A stretch of DNA of 64,000 nucleotides from positions 2,604,001-2,668,000 of the forward strand of contig OZ176053.1 in NCBI GenBank assembly GCA_964247055.1. Direction: 5' to 3'. The position numbers and the translations under genes were made by a program. The notes under the pieces were generated by a model. That model was not told where the DNA came from. It saw only the letters and a list, made by a program, of their open reading frames with translations, and did not search any database. This stretch comes from Paragordius varius (lineage: Eukaryota; Animalia; Nematomorpha). Below, piece by piece: positions 34,560 to 48,061 of the stretch; the first letter of the stretch is position 1; every line of letters starts with the position of its first letter.

Positions 34560-37429
34560 CCCTGCTTAACAATCATTCAAATGATTCAAAAAAATCTATA
34601 GCTTATCAATTTCCTTTTTTCCACTATATTCCTACCAAAGATTATTTGTTTCCAGTGCGACACATCCAAAATTTAATTGTTATGCACCAGACTAGAGATC
34701 TATATATTTTGTGCGCGCTCTATTTAACATTAGTCTTTTATTCTTTCTCATACATAAAAAGAGAGCGTAATATTTTTTTTATATGTTAGTTAGCACAACA
34801 CTTAATGATGTATTCTATTTTCGTTTTTCCGTCACCTCTTTTTTTCAACAACAAAAAAACATGTTGCCATTTATACATAATTATTCGTGTTAATAATTGC
34901 AAAACTACTTTTGAGATATTTGCATTTTTCCTCTCCTCAAAAACCACACAAATCTTTTCTCAAAAAATGATCCATCGTTCTGAAACAATATATTTGCAAT
35001 ATATCCAAGTATAACTGTTTAGAGATTACGAATGATATAATATAATATATATATCTACGACAACAAACGTATAATAATATGTTTATATCATATATAATTA
35101 ATTCTTTTATTAATATAGTAGTTAATTTATAATTTTTGATAAATGTATGTATGTATGTATTATATGGGTATCAAGCAAATAAAATATTATATAATGTCGT
35201 CTAAATTTATTTAATTTTAATATATGTATACATTAAATTATTAAAAATATTTCTTTTTCGTTAATAAAAACAACTAACGACCAACAAAAACAACACATCT
35301 TTTTATTTATATTAGCCATAACTTACACGCGCATATCTAATCTTGGCCACATAATACGTTTTTTTTGCATAAAAATTCCATTTTTTCAGTCGCTTAAATC
35401 TCAAAATTTCATAGTCAGACCATTATCTCGCCCACCCCCCAAAAAAATGTATTTTTATGGTATAAACGCCATATCACATTGTCCTTTAAAAAGTTTGTCC
35501 TGTTGTGTAAAAGACATTAATTCTGAACTAAAAAAAGTTATTTGGCTGCAAAAGTTAATTACACTTTTGGGTTTTTCATTTTTGAGTCCTATTTCTCACA
35601 TTCAAAAATTGTATGGTTTTTTGCACCATTTCTATGAATATTATTATACTTTAAAAATTATGTATATATATGCGCATTCAAGCAGAAAACTGCTGTATCT
35701 TTGAACGCTCATTATTCTTCAATCTTGGCATCATGTATGTAAAATATTTTTTACATAAATTTAACTAAAAATGTATTTATACATAAACACACACACCTCA
35801 ATAAATATGTAAATCAAATTTTTTAACAAGCCTACCTATAGTTTATACTAATTTTCACAATATATTTATATATATACCTCTAATATAATTTTGATCATAT
35901 GGTAATTTCCGCGCATTAAATGACAATAATAATAATTAAAACAAGCAAAAAACAAACGCGTTTTATAATCAACTTTGTTGGAAAAAATTGAAGAATGAAT
36001 GTTATATATCATATATTTTTTTGTGTACTATAATGATAATAATGTTTCATTTATACCTGCCATAGTAAAAAAAAGTATAAATGTGTATTGTTTTTTTACC
36101 TGCATTTTTTTTCCTTACTCCCATTTATAAAAGAAATATTATAATGATAAACTCACAGCACGCATACACACCTACTTTTTTGTGTCGCGTTCATTTTTAT
36201 TCTATTAAAAATGTTTTTTATAGTGTGCGCTAATTATAGAGTTTCCAAACACTACACCTGTCCATTCTCTCTGTTTTAAAACTCTGTGTTGAACTTTTTT
36301 TTTCTTAAAATTGTGTTTTATTTAACTTTTTTTTTAAATCATACTTTCGCGTTTTACACACACTGTGGTCACCTAATTATATGTAATTATTGTCTAAAAT
36401 TTTACGACACACGCTCCTAGGAGGGGACATGAAAATTAAAATATATATAACTTAGAAAAAATAATGATTTAATTTGTCTGTTAATACATTTGTATAAAAC
36501 CCAAAAATAATCCAATTCGCATTTAAGTTGAATGAAGTTGGTTAATTTATATTATTACTAATATAAAAAAATTAATACTTATTTGTCAAATATTATATTT
36601 GTGATCTCCCTTATACGTATATTCATTGCTATAAAAATCACATTTTTCAAAATTAATCATTACATTGAAGCTTTTAAATTTTTTAGTTTTTTCTAGATAT
36701 ACAGTCAATCTATCAATATAAAACTATTACAAATGGCAGTTTTTTTATTTTGTAATAACATTCACTTAACTCTATAAACTTTCCAGCATCTTAAACCGGC
36801 CATATCATGTTTTAATGAATGATTTATCTCAAATATTTATTTTTTAAATTTATTATGACTTTTTTTATATATGAAGCAATAATAAATAATTAATATATAA
36901 CAAAATATTGTAATTTAGCCCAAATAAACTAATATATTTTAACTAATGTGTTTTATATCGAACAAAAAATATATATTTTCATACACATTTGTTTCTGTTC
37001 ATTTATAAATCAATAAAGGTAAGAAAATCTTACATGCATTAGTTTTATATATAAAAGCAGTAATTTGACATTTATATAATTACATTATAAAATTGTATTT
37101 AATATATATATTTATATAACATATCAAATATACCATATACATACTACATACATATTATGCATGATGAAGAATAATAGTGTCAATAATAAATTCGTATCTC
37201 AGCAACATGATAATTTATATATCCCAAAAGAATTTGTGTAGATTTTTTAGGTTAAAAGTAAATTAATAAAACCGATGTGTGAAGAAAAATAAGGAAAATG
37301 CTAATTTCTAGACAAATTTACAGGTGTGATTATAGGCTTCCATGTTTACCAATAATTTTTTTCGTTAACACTTCATGAGCTTTTGGGATAGTTTTATACA
37401 CCAGAGCGATTTGAAATTACAATATCTCT

Positions 37430-37715
37430 AAAAGTATTTTAGGTCCCAATTTAAAATATGTGTTTTTTAGCCCTTTAATAGGTGATAAAAAAAATTTAAA
37501 ATATAAATTTGTAAAAAAATCCTCATCTCAAACTTTTTGGTCGCAATTTTTTTCTTTTTTAAATCGCTAACGGAATCGGCAATAAATGTATATTATGGTT
37601 AGAAAATGTAAATAATTAATTTTAGTAGGCTTTCAGGTTGAATTTTACCAGCAAAACTTGATAAGTCAGCTGTTTAGTTCAATCGTATTTTAGCGCTGTC
37701 TCAATTTTAGATTCT
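37430..37715 (-). repeat. Interspersed repeat, also at ~42035-42300 (+) and ~12760-12930 (+, degraded)
   Basis: Shared blocks TTGCTGGTAAAAT, TTTTCTAACCATAATATACATTTATT and AAAAGTTTGAGATGAGGATTTT. Confidence 0.7.
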
Positions 37716-37719
37716 AGCA

Positions 37720-37996
37720 TAGGGGTGGCCGACACAAATGGCTTCGCGGGCCGCATTTTAACTCAGAAACCCGGTGTACCGCATTCGAAGTATATATGGG
37801 CATTCATAAGGAATTAATTGGATTTTAAACATAAGACTGGAAAATGCAAACACTATATGGAATTTTTTATAGTTCTTGCCAACTGGATAAACTTGAGATA
37901 AATTGTTAATATTTTGTAAACATATTACAAATGGATTTCCAAAATTTTCGTGTGCCGCTTATAAAGTCTTAAATGGCTGCGTGTTGGTTACCCCTG
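37720..37996. mobile_element. hAT (Charlie/Buster-type) MITE
   Basis: Ends TAGGGGTGGCC and GGTTACCCCTG, with subterminal GCGGGCCGCAT. Confidence 0.65.
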
Positions 37997-39297
37997 CTAT
38001 GGAAGTTACACTGCAAAAATATTAGCTTTTTTATCTAATGCAGGAGATCAATGTTTTAATTCAATTTTATAGAATGACTTTAAAAACAGTAGTTTATTTA
38101 CAAGATTGAACTTTGGAATATACAATTATCCCAATATGTCATCGCTGACAGAAGATGAAAGCGGAAAATTATTCTCTTTAATGTATTATTAGCATTTTGT
38201 TACCTTTTGATGTAATTTTAAGATTCAGAGAAATTTAAAATTTGATAAGGGGCTAAAGATATTAGACCAAATTTACCAATAAGTCTTCTTTAGCTTTTTA
38301 GGCACATGCTTCAAAAAAAATTAAACTTAAAAATCCACTCAATGTTTTTGGCCGCCACTTTTTTTAAAGTTTTAAAATCGTATTAAGCAAACAAATGTGA
38401 ATTATGGTGAATGTAAATAATTTAGTTCGGAAAGCTTTCGGGTATATTTTAATACTTAATATTTGTTAAACATAAAATCAGCTGCTTTATAAAATTTTAA
38501 CCAAAACCCTTTTCAAAACAAGTTTATTACAAGTTAAGTTTTTCGAGAAAAAAACTACACCAAAATATAGCAGTCTACAAAAAATAAAAAGGGGCAATGA
38601 AGTGTCAATGCAAAACTTATTTTTTTATAAATAAATATTGAGGACAAGACGTGCCCCTTTTAATTTTACCGTGATTCTTACAATCGTTTGTAATTATTAA
38701 AAAGGAACCAATACCAGAACTTGGGCACAAATATAAAATCAAGCCCATCGAAACTCTTTTTAAATGGTAGACCTTTTTTAGAAGTTATCCAAATAAGGAT
38801 CAGTATTTGCTATCTTATATGATGAATCTTAACAATTTGAAATGCATGGCTAATTTTTGATTTCTTATTTAATAAAGATTTAAAAAATAAAAAATTTTAC
38901 CCATGCACCTAAGTGCATTCGAAATTATTTGAATAGCAATCATTTGTTGTAGAGCGTTTTTACGATTAAAAAAAGTAAAAATTGGAAAATTTGGATTATT
39001 CTCCCAGTATTTTTATTTAAAGGTGGCTAAACATTCGCTTAAGTATATTTTATAGCTTGTAAAAATGTACCATATCAAATTTATTAAAATGGTATATTAT
39101 AGGGATTTGATTACGTTTAAAAATTAAGTTGAATATATCTTTAGACTGTGCGGAAAAAAGGTCAAAAAAAGCATTCAATATAAAAGCTTCAGAATAATCA
39201 TCGAATGATGTATGCGGTTAAAATACTGAAAAAATATAATTTTTTGTTCTTAGCCAAAATCAAATCGCATTTATATCGCACATTAGGTCAAATGAAA

Positions 39298-39886
39298 TTA
39301 ACACTTCGATTCAAATTGGGGTATCTAAATACCCCAGACTAAATTTTAATTAATATTTTTAAAAAAGTATTGAAGAAAACGGTTTCAATTTAAATTTATG
39401 CTTCTATCCTGATAAAAATTAAATAAATATGCCAAAATAGCTTGATAAAATTTTGTTTTGAAAAAAAAGTTCCATCTCAAACTACTTCAACGCCATTTTT
39501 ATTTTACAAAATTTTTACAAAATATCGTCTTCAATTAATTTTAAGGGTAAAACTAAAGCTAATTTTTTAAATAAATTACATTTAAAATTGATAGAAATAG
39601 AAAAAGCGGTTTATTTTGTATTATTTTTTATTTTACAATTTGACACATGTTACGTCGACGAAATTTTTACTTTTGGGTTTTTGCTTAAAATAAGTAATAT
39701 CAAGAATTTTTGAATTAAATTTTTTATATATTTCGGTTTATTAATGTTATATAAGTGCAAAATTTTGTCATGGTTTCGATTCCTTCCATACTTCTTTAAG
39801 TATTTGATTTTAAACAGGCCTGGGGTATCCAACTACCCCAATTTGAATCGAAGGACTAAAATGAGTGTGTTGTATCCAAGTGTTAA
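39298..39886 (-). mobile_element. piggyBac-like MITE, full length
   Basis: TTAACACTTCGATTCAAATTGGGG ... TGTATCCAAGTGTTAA, a reverse-complement match of 7283-7866. Confidence 0.85.
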
Positions 39887-40337
39887 TATACTTGATGAAA
39901 ACGCGTCTACTAAATTTTATTTGTTAAAATGCATCATAAGGGTAATAAATGCCAAACATTATATATTTCAGGGAATCCTAGAAAGTTTCTTTGAATTAAA
40001 GCTAAAATCAGATTTGCCTTCTATTTTTATCAAACTTGTTATTATGCGGCATGATCTTGATTTTTTAAACTTGTTGTGTGATTTAAAAACCTCCATATAT
40101 ATCAAGAATATTTCTTATATAATTTGATGCAGATCATCTATACGATTTTTGATTTATTGAATTTTTTTACACAAAAATTGTGATTAAACATTTCAGTACC
40201 ATTTTGGTTTTTGGACATAAAAACTTTCAAAATCAAAAAACTTAGCCGATGATTATGCAGTGAATTGTATATGAAAATTTAATATAATATATATTGCTTG
40301 TTTTGTAAAAGTATATGATACTTCCGCTTAATGATTA

Positions 40338-40835
40338 TTGGTGTATCTAATTACCCCAGGCTAAATTTTGGTTGACAGTTTTAAAAAAACTAAAGAAACG
40401 ATCCCAATCTGAATTTATGCCTTTACCCTAATAAAAATATTATAAATAGGCCTTTGAAAAAAGTTCTATATCAAACTACTTCGATGCCATTTTTATTTTA
40501 CAACTTTTGTGCAAAATATCGTGTTCATTTAATTTACATCTAACATTGATACGAACAGAAAGTGGTTCATTTTGTATTATTTTTTAATTTAGCTAATGCA
40601 CACATGTAATGGTGACTAAATTTTTACATTTTGGTTTTAACTCAAAATAAGCATTATCAAGTATTTTTAAATGATTTATTTTTATTTTTCGGGTCATTGT
40701 TAATAAGGGGCAAACTTTTGCCATGGTTTCGATTCCTCCCATATTTTTTGAAGTTTTTAATTTTAAACAGCCCTGGGGTATCCAACGACCCCAATTTAAA
40801 TCGAAGGACTGAAACGTGTTGTATCTAAGTGTTAA
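40338..40835 (-). mobile_element. Degraded TTAA-MITE copy
   Basis: Ends TCGAAGGACTGAAACGTGTTGTATCTAAGTGTTAA, and internal blocks match the family. Confidence 0.8.
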
Positions 40836-42879
40836 GTGTAAATTATCAAATCCTTTTTTATGTAAGAGATAATTATATTGAATGCGATATATTGGGTTAC
40901 ATAGTAAATATATGATAATAAAACAAACAATATCTTTTATTGCATAACAACAAGTTTACGGCAAATATGATTTTTACCCTTAACTGCTGTAATCTTTTTT
41001 AAAACCTTTGAAAAATATAAAATTATTGATAATAATTTGTATAGGATAGTTCTTATGATACATGTTAACAAATAAAATTTAGTTAATGCGTTTCTTACTA
41101 TTCTAGTTAATGTTCGTCTCTCTACAAATTCAAGTTATTTATATGTTGTGTTTTTGACAAAATATCTTTATTCGAGGTCAAACAGATTTTTAAAAATGTA
41201 CTCAATATATATAGAATCGTTTTCTTAGAATACCGTATCTACCGCTTTCACTATGCTCTAAAACAAAAAACGCTACCACAATTTTTTAAAATTAAGTTTT
41301 TAAGTAAAATAATGAAAAAAAACTTTTTTTCTCAAACCACATATTCGATTCCCAACACCTGAATATATGTGTGCCATTTTAGAAGGGTCCGAAAAATTAA
41401 GATTTATGATAAGTGACAATAACTCTCTTATACCACTTATATAGTCCAGGCCAAAAACAGTATAAAAAATCAGAAAAATTTATTTATCAAACATATTTTT
41501 TCAGGAAATTTTTTGTGTCTAGCGCGTAAACTATCCGCGCCCCAAAAGTGTTTTTATTGCCTTGAATTATTAAATTCTATTTTTTGATTGTTATTAAAAT
41601 ATAATCAATATCAAGTGATTTTAATATTTTATTTTACAGCATTTAAAAACTTTTGGTTTAACAATTTCTCAACCATAGAGTTTTATTTTATGAGAATTCC
41701 GATAATTAACTTATGATTCGGTTTCAGACAAAAGTATTTTGAATATATAATGGGGATAGCAAAAATATATGTATATTCAGCTTTGATAAGAAATTAAATA
41801 CAATAAAGGCGATGAAGTTAGTCTTATTGTTTTGCAATTTACATTGAAGTTACATATTTAACACTATTACCATTTCACTTTTTTGTCTGGTTTACATATT
41901 ATGGTTGTTTTATATCCGAGAGTTGACTTTTGTAAATAAACTAAAATTTCAGAGTTATTTTAGCTAAGAAATATTGCCAAACATTTTACTCATATATAAG
42001 ATAAAAAACTTATATTTTTTCAGTTTTGTGACTTCTAGAGTACAGAAATGGGACAGCTTCAAAACACAATCGAAATGAAGAGCAGATATTAGAATCCAAA
42101 TATATCAAGTTGCTGGTAAAATGTAGCTTGAAAGCTTTTTAAAGTTAATTATATTCATTTTCTAACCATAATATACATTTATTTGCCTGTTGTATTAGCA
42201 ATTTAAAAAAATAGGAAAAAATGGCTGAAAAAAGTTTGAGATGAGGATTTTTTTAATTTTACATTTTCAAAAAAACTTTTTTTGGATAATACGCCCAAAA
42301 GACCAAAGGCAACTTTTAATATTTTTTAAGATATTTTTAGTTCAAAAAGTAGAAGGAGTGTTAGAACTAAAAATGTTGAAAACAAGTATATGAAGGTAAA
42401 TCGGCATGTTACAAAAACCATTTATCATAAAAATTATTGATATAAAATATGGCTATAAAAAGACGTAAATATTATATTTGTGTACCCGTTAAATTATTTG
42501 TCGGTATTATATTGTGCCCCTTGAGACAAGAAAATTGCCCGTTAAAACTTACAAGCACTGCTCAAGCATATAAAATGTTTCCGAACGATCTCGACATTTG
42601 TGTGCTTATTTTTAGAAAACCAGCGCCTTTTGGAGGGGCTTATAACTTATTATCTTAACTCATTTATATAAAACATTGTTTGTGGTTTTAAAATTACCTT
42701 TATATTTTTTAAAGAAGCAGTTAGCTTTTACCAATATTTAGCTTCAAATGTTGTAATGATAGTTATCTTTAAAATAAATATTAATATTGGCGTTTTTACA
42801 AATAAATATATGTTGTTATGTAAAAATATATTATAAATTATTGATGATTATGTGTCTTATTATGTCATTCCTTCTATCG

Positions 42880-43650
42880 ATTCCAGCTTGCCTGATATTG
42901 GATACATAAGCTGTGTCCTCGTCGAAAATAGTATTTTCTAAATCATTTTCATCAATTTTACCGGTCACCTTTATAGGCCTTCCTTAAATGTCATATAAAT
43001 AACTTGATTTAAATAGAGATTGATTAAAATTAAAAAATTGTATTTGATACCGATTACCCCCGTACGTATCAGGATGAGATGTTGAATGTCCGGTGGATGG
43101 AGCAAACCTAAAAATATACGGAACGCAAAAATTTTGGAACAGGATTGATGTAAATATACCGATTATCCAATTTAATTATTTTTTCAGAAGGCCGATTGTC
43201 TACCCCAGGTGTCATGCCGTGTTTCGGCTTATAATTCATAATTACATAATATCATCTTGCGAAGCAGATTAAGGGATGCTCACCCCGTCCTCCAAACCAA
43301 GTCAGGATTGCACTTAAGTTCGGATGTTATCATCCATCATTTTCGTCTCTACTTTGGTTGTTTCGATCCCTAAATCGGTCATTTTGCTTGCTAAAGCTTT
43401 CCAGGCCAAAAGCTAATGACCCCGTCAAAATTTTTTTATCAGAATGAAGCACGGATATCTATAAACAATTTGAAAAAACTTTTCAATCGCAAACACATCC
43501 GGAGCAAAAGTGTTGTCTATATTCACCAGCCTAAAATTTTTTTTAAATTGCCACATCATAATATTTAGAAAGGGGTTAAACCAGGTCAATCTAACTTGAT
43601 AAGCCTGCAGAACACCACTCATTTCCCTTCAATGCAAAAGTCTTTACGGG
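42880..43650. mobile_element. Probable highly degraded retroelement-derived segment
   Basis: Locally higher GC, with weak RT-like peptides on + (VVSIPK, FKLPHH). No continuous frame. Confidence 0.3.
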
Positions 43651-43855
43651 GCATTGATTAAAAAGTTTGATTTAATCTTAAAATATTTAAGTATTTAATT
43701 TTAATTATCTTGAAGATTATGATATATTTTTATTATTATTTATTTGTGATTTTTTTGAGTAAAATAATTATTATATGAAAAAATAGGATATGACTTTTCA
43801 CAATTACAATCCTTGTAAAATTTGTATCTTATTCACGCCCTTAGAATTACATCAT

Positions 43856-44571
43856 ATGGATGAATGCGAAATAATTGTATTGCGTGCAGGATATAGTGAA
43901 CCATATGGAAATAATTCCCGTGCTAACTCCACTATTACGGTAATCAAATATCAAGATAAGACAGTTATATTTGATGTTGGAAGCCCATATGATAAAAACA
44001 CTTTGATCAACAGTTTTTAGTTTTTATATTTCAGCTGCTAACAACGTAGGAATCAGTATTGATCAAATATCGCATGTGGTCTGTTCTCATGGTCATTCGG
44101 ATCATATTGGAAACCTAAATCTTTTTACCTCAGCCAAAAAGTTTATGGTAGGATGTGACATTTTTTTAAATGATGTATATGAACCCTTCCCGTTTGCCAA
44201 TGTAAGATTTGCGTTTCTTTATATCGTTTAATTTTTATGAATTTAGACTTCTGAATACCTCCTAGATGGAATAAATATTTTTCATACACCAGGACACACT
44301 TGCCACGACATTTCCCTTATTGTTAAAAATATAAATTTGGGTACAGTTGCTATATCAGGTAAATATTTTTGCTTAACACTATATAGGCGATCTGTTTGAA
44401 AAAGCTGAAGATTTGATTGACCCCTGTATATGGAAAACCAATAGTTTTGATCCAACCTTGCAACTAAGAAATCGCGAAAAAATATTATCATTTGCTGATT
44501 ACATTATTCCAGGCCATGGTCCTATATTCATGGTCCCACTGAATGTAAAAAGAAATGTGATTAATAAATAA
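43856..44571 (+). CDS. MBLAC1: Metallo-beta-lactamase domain protein, MBLAC1-like, 4 exons, 206 aa predicted
   Basis: Exons 43856-44012, 44035-44201, 44247-44358 and 44387-44571; introns of 22, 45 and 28 nt. Motifs: VIFDVGSP, HVVCSHGHSDHIGNLNLF (HxHxDH), TPGHT, VAISGDLFE, IIPGHG. An in-frame upstream ATG at 43790 is an alternative start. Confidence 0.87.
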
Positions 44572-44643
44572 TCCATATTGGTGAAAGTTAAAACTATCAA
44601 TAATAATATTCATTTTACTGACTATTAGGTTTATTGGCTGAAG

Positions 44644-44647
<4 letters not shown>

Positions 44648-44697
<50 letters not shown>
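44648..44697. repeat. Compound (TC)n(TA)n microsatellite
   Basis: Seen directly in the sequence. Confidence 0.95.
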
Positions 44698-44703
<6 letters not shown>

Positions 44704-46170
44704 CCATTCCTTATCTGACAGTGTTTGGTTTGCCCATATCACTGATAAGTCCACAAAAAGAAAACGCGTCAACCATGACACGTGGTAAACACTGTCAACA
44801 AAAATTTAGCTCTTATGGTCTCTGTTATAGAATTAATAATATATCCAATTTACACCTCAGTAGGCAAAGAAAGCTCTGTTTAACTTATAAGGAAGTGTCT
44901 TTTGCCAGAACTTTTGATCTTGTTTTTTAAAAATTGAAAAACCTGTAATATCTCATTCTGATTGGGGGGATCAATTTTTTAGATTCGGTTTTAGAACATA
45001 CTGCGTTTTCAATATGATCGTATCTAAATTTAATTTAATTTGTCATACTTTATTATATTTAAAATTTATTATTATATTCATTTAATCATAAGTATTTTAA
45101 TTAAGCTTTACATCATTTTTATGGTAAATCGTTTAAATAATTTAGCTGAAAACAGAAGCAGACATCCTTTGAAAGTAAACCTATATTATAGTATGATTAG
45201 AAAAGCCAAAAATTTTTTAAAATATGTCGTTATAGAAATGAATGGGGAGATTATTTTTTTACAATGAATTATGCCACGCTTCACAAGAACTATCAAAAAT
45301 CCAATTCATATATTAAGTGCAATAAGGGCTCCCAAGCACTAACTATTAAATACAGCAAAAATCAAAAACTGCCATAACACTAGACAACAAATTTTGACTT
45401 TTTTAACTGCCATTCTTGTAAATTTTAAATTTATTTCATTAAAGTACATAATTCGTATATCTGCAAAGAAAATTGGTCTGACACCTAAGAATTTTTTTAT
45501 ATTAGAGTTTATCGATAATTTTTGGCCTTAATATAACATTAAACTCGAAATTTTAAAAATTAAAATTTCTAGATATGAAGCCATGTATTTTATATTATTC
45601 GAAAGAGCGTGAAAAACTGTATCTTTTAAATGGTAGTAAGTCATTTATATCAATCGGATGTGTAAGTTATTTGGGTTTATATGATCAAAATTTTCAACCA
45701 TTATATAAGTCAAAAATTTTCACAGACAAACTAAAAATCACATAAATTATTTTAATATTATTATTAGGGTTATATTAGTATTTAATTTAAAAAAAATGTT
45801 TGAAAAAGCTTTTGGCTTGCTTTTTTAATAAAAATTATTATTATCTTAAATATTTTACCTAGTGGATACTAAAATGCATATTTACAACTGTAAATTTATT
45901 ACTTAATGACTATAAAAGATCAAAAATACCTTAAACTTTGTTTTTATCTTTAAAATTATGAAATCAGCCTCGTAAAGAAAATAAATTAATATTGATGAGA
46001 TGGTAATTTTTGAAAAACAAAAAATTTAAAAATGGCTGTTTTGAGTGACATAAAAGCAATAAAAATATGTTTTAATCAAAAAAATTATCTTTTTTGGACA
46101 TTCATCACCATCTAGACAAAGTTTGAGCTATTTTCATCCATTAGTTTTAAAAATATATTAATTAAAAAAA

Positions 46171-46761
46171 TGCTCTCGCTTTGCGCGTTTGTCGCTCTCT
46201 GTGTCCAATATTAACTGTCGATGTATATTGGTTGGTTTCTTTGAGGATGTTATCCATCCAACTTCTCCCTCTTTTACAAGCACCACTCACTTTTCCCAGC
46301 ATCAGTGATTTTTCAAATGAGTTGGCTCTCATAATGTGCCCGAAAAAGGAGAGTTTTTGCCGTATTAAGCTGCTTAGAAGTCACATTTCCGGGTTAATTT
46401 TATATAAAATAGTGGTGTTTGAGATTTTGTCTGTCCATTTTATTTGGAGAAGTTTCCTCCATACCCATAATTCGAAAGAATTTTTTTGACGTTAGTCATA
46501 TTTTTTCAGCGTCCAGCTTCCCCCCCATACGTAAATGTGGGAAAAACTGTAGCCTTGATTAATCTGATTTTAATTTTTAGTTTAATGTCATGAGTCGTCC
46601 AAATCTATATTTGAATGTGACTGCTTTTGCGATGGCAATTCTTCGAAACCAACCGATCTTTATCCAAACTAAACACAAGATCCGGTATTCGCAGTGAATG
46701 GAGAAGTTATATTTTCAATGCAGTTAGTCGGAATCGACCTTAGCAACAACAACAACAACAA
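46171..46761. mobile_element. RTE-clade (BovB-like) LINE 3' fragment with an internal inversion
   Basis: Minus strand ~46689 to 46171: RRIAIAKA..HDIKLKIKIRLIKATVFP..WTLKK..FELWVWRKLLQIKWTDKISN..FFGHIMRANSFEKSLMLGKVSG. Plus strand from 46690: RSEWRSYIFNAVSRNRP* and a (CAA)6 tail at 46744-46761. Confidence 0.88.
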
Positions 46762-47563
46762 TACACATTAATATGCAGTTTTTAGAGTTTTTATCACTCT
46801 TTCGAATAATATATTAAAAATGGGCATTAATTGTATATTTTCAAAGAAAACATTTTTTAGTAAAATTTTGATAAAGAGGGCGCATAATCAAAAAAAAATT
46901 ATATAAAATTCTTACGTAGAGTTATAATTTTTATTTCACATTTACTGTTAAAATGATATACTAAATATTAGAAAATGCAAAAAACTCGAGTGGCAGAAAA
47001 ATTTGTTGTCCAGTGTAATTGAAACTTACAAACTATCAGAAATCTTAATAAAAAAACAACAATTCTTTTCAAATACATTTATATTTATACTCTAGGAATA
47101 TGGATGATTATTTATTTGTAAAGAGTGCAATCTAAAGAGGCTTATTACCCTAATAAAGTTTTACGGTACTCGTAAATGAATCCTTTTATAATAAAAGTTG
47201 AGTCACCCGTAAAACCTCAGTTGCTTAGGGGAACAGTACCTATGCCACAGGAAAATCAAAGATAAGTACCTTTTTATACTAAATTATTTATTTAATAATC
47301 TTTTAACCATATATTCTTATAAAAAAATTATTTGGGTTATCATCTGCTCGGTTAAATTATTTTTTTTTCCGTCCTTGTTTTATTTAATTAAAACTATTGT
47401 CGCTTATCAACAACTCAATTAATATCAAACCTCTGTTTTAAAAATCAAACAATAATGTCCTTTCCAAAGCGCAGGTTATGTACGGTATTTTTTTTTAATT
47501 CCTTTTTTCTAATAAGATAATTTAATAACACTAACTTACAGTAGAAAAAATAATCATAATATT

Positions 47564-47571
<8 letters not shown>

Positions 47572-47608
<37 letters not shown>
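47572..47608. repeat. (TA)n microsatellite
   Basis: Seen directly in the sequence. Confidence 0.95.
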
Positions 47609-47611
<3 letters not shown>

Positions 47612-47616
47612 AACAT

Positions 47617-48061
47617 TTGAAAGTTTTAAAAGGTTTTTTTCCCAATACTTATATAGCTCACGGTACTCTGACAATTGGTTCACCAATTGTGCAAAGGGGT
47701 GTACCACAAGCTATTGTCATTTTCAGGAGTGAGAATTTTGGAAAGATCTTTAACAAAGCTTTTGAAGTGCTGTTTGAAAATTATGAGGACAAAAGGATTA
47801 GGGAATCAGTTAAAAGCTTATCCCTATCTAGAAACACAATTATGCGGAGAGTGATGATCTTCACCAGAATCTTACCGAAATTTTACATGCGTTGAAATTG
47901 CGTAATTATGCGTTTTTAATATTTATTTTATAATGGCCTTTGCTAACCAACACAATCCGTAAATAGAGATATATATTTGCATCTTCTTGACTTAATATTC
48001 ATAAATGCCCGCGTGAAATTTTTTCCCCAAAAAGTAGACCGCTAAAAGGTTGGCCACCCCT
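47617..48061 (+). mobile_element. hAT (SPIN/Buster-type) transposon remnant
   Basis: Peptide RESVKSLSLSRNTIMRRV, followed by a right-end-like GGTTGGCCACCCCT at ~48048-48061. Confidence 0.7.

Noticed and set aside
39650-40828. ORFs at 39650, 39744 and 40631 with mutually similar peptides (PWFRFLPYF..NRPGVSN.PNLNRRT)
   Set aside because: They are translations of copies of the non-coding TTAA-MITE, not a gene family.
44634-44930. ORFs with SLSL/IYIY runs here and at 47445-47645
   Set aside because: Translations of microsatellites.
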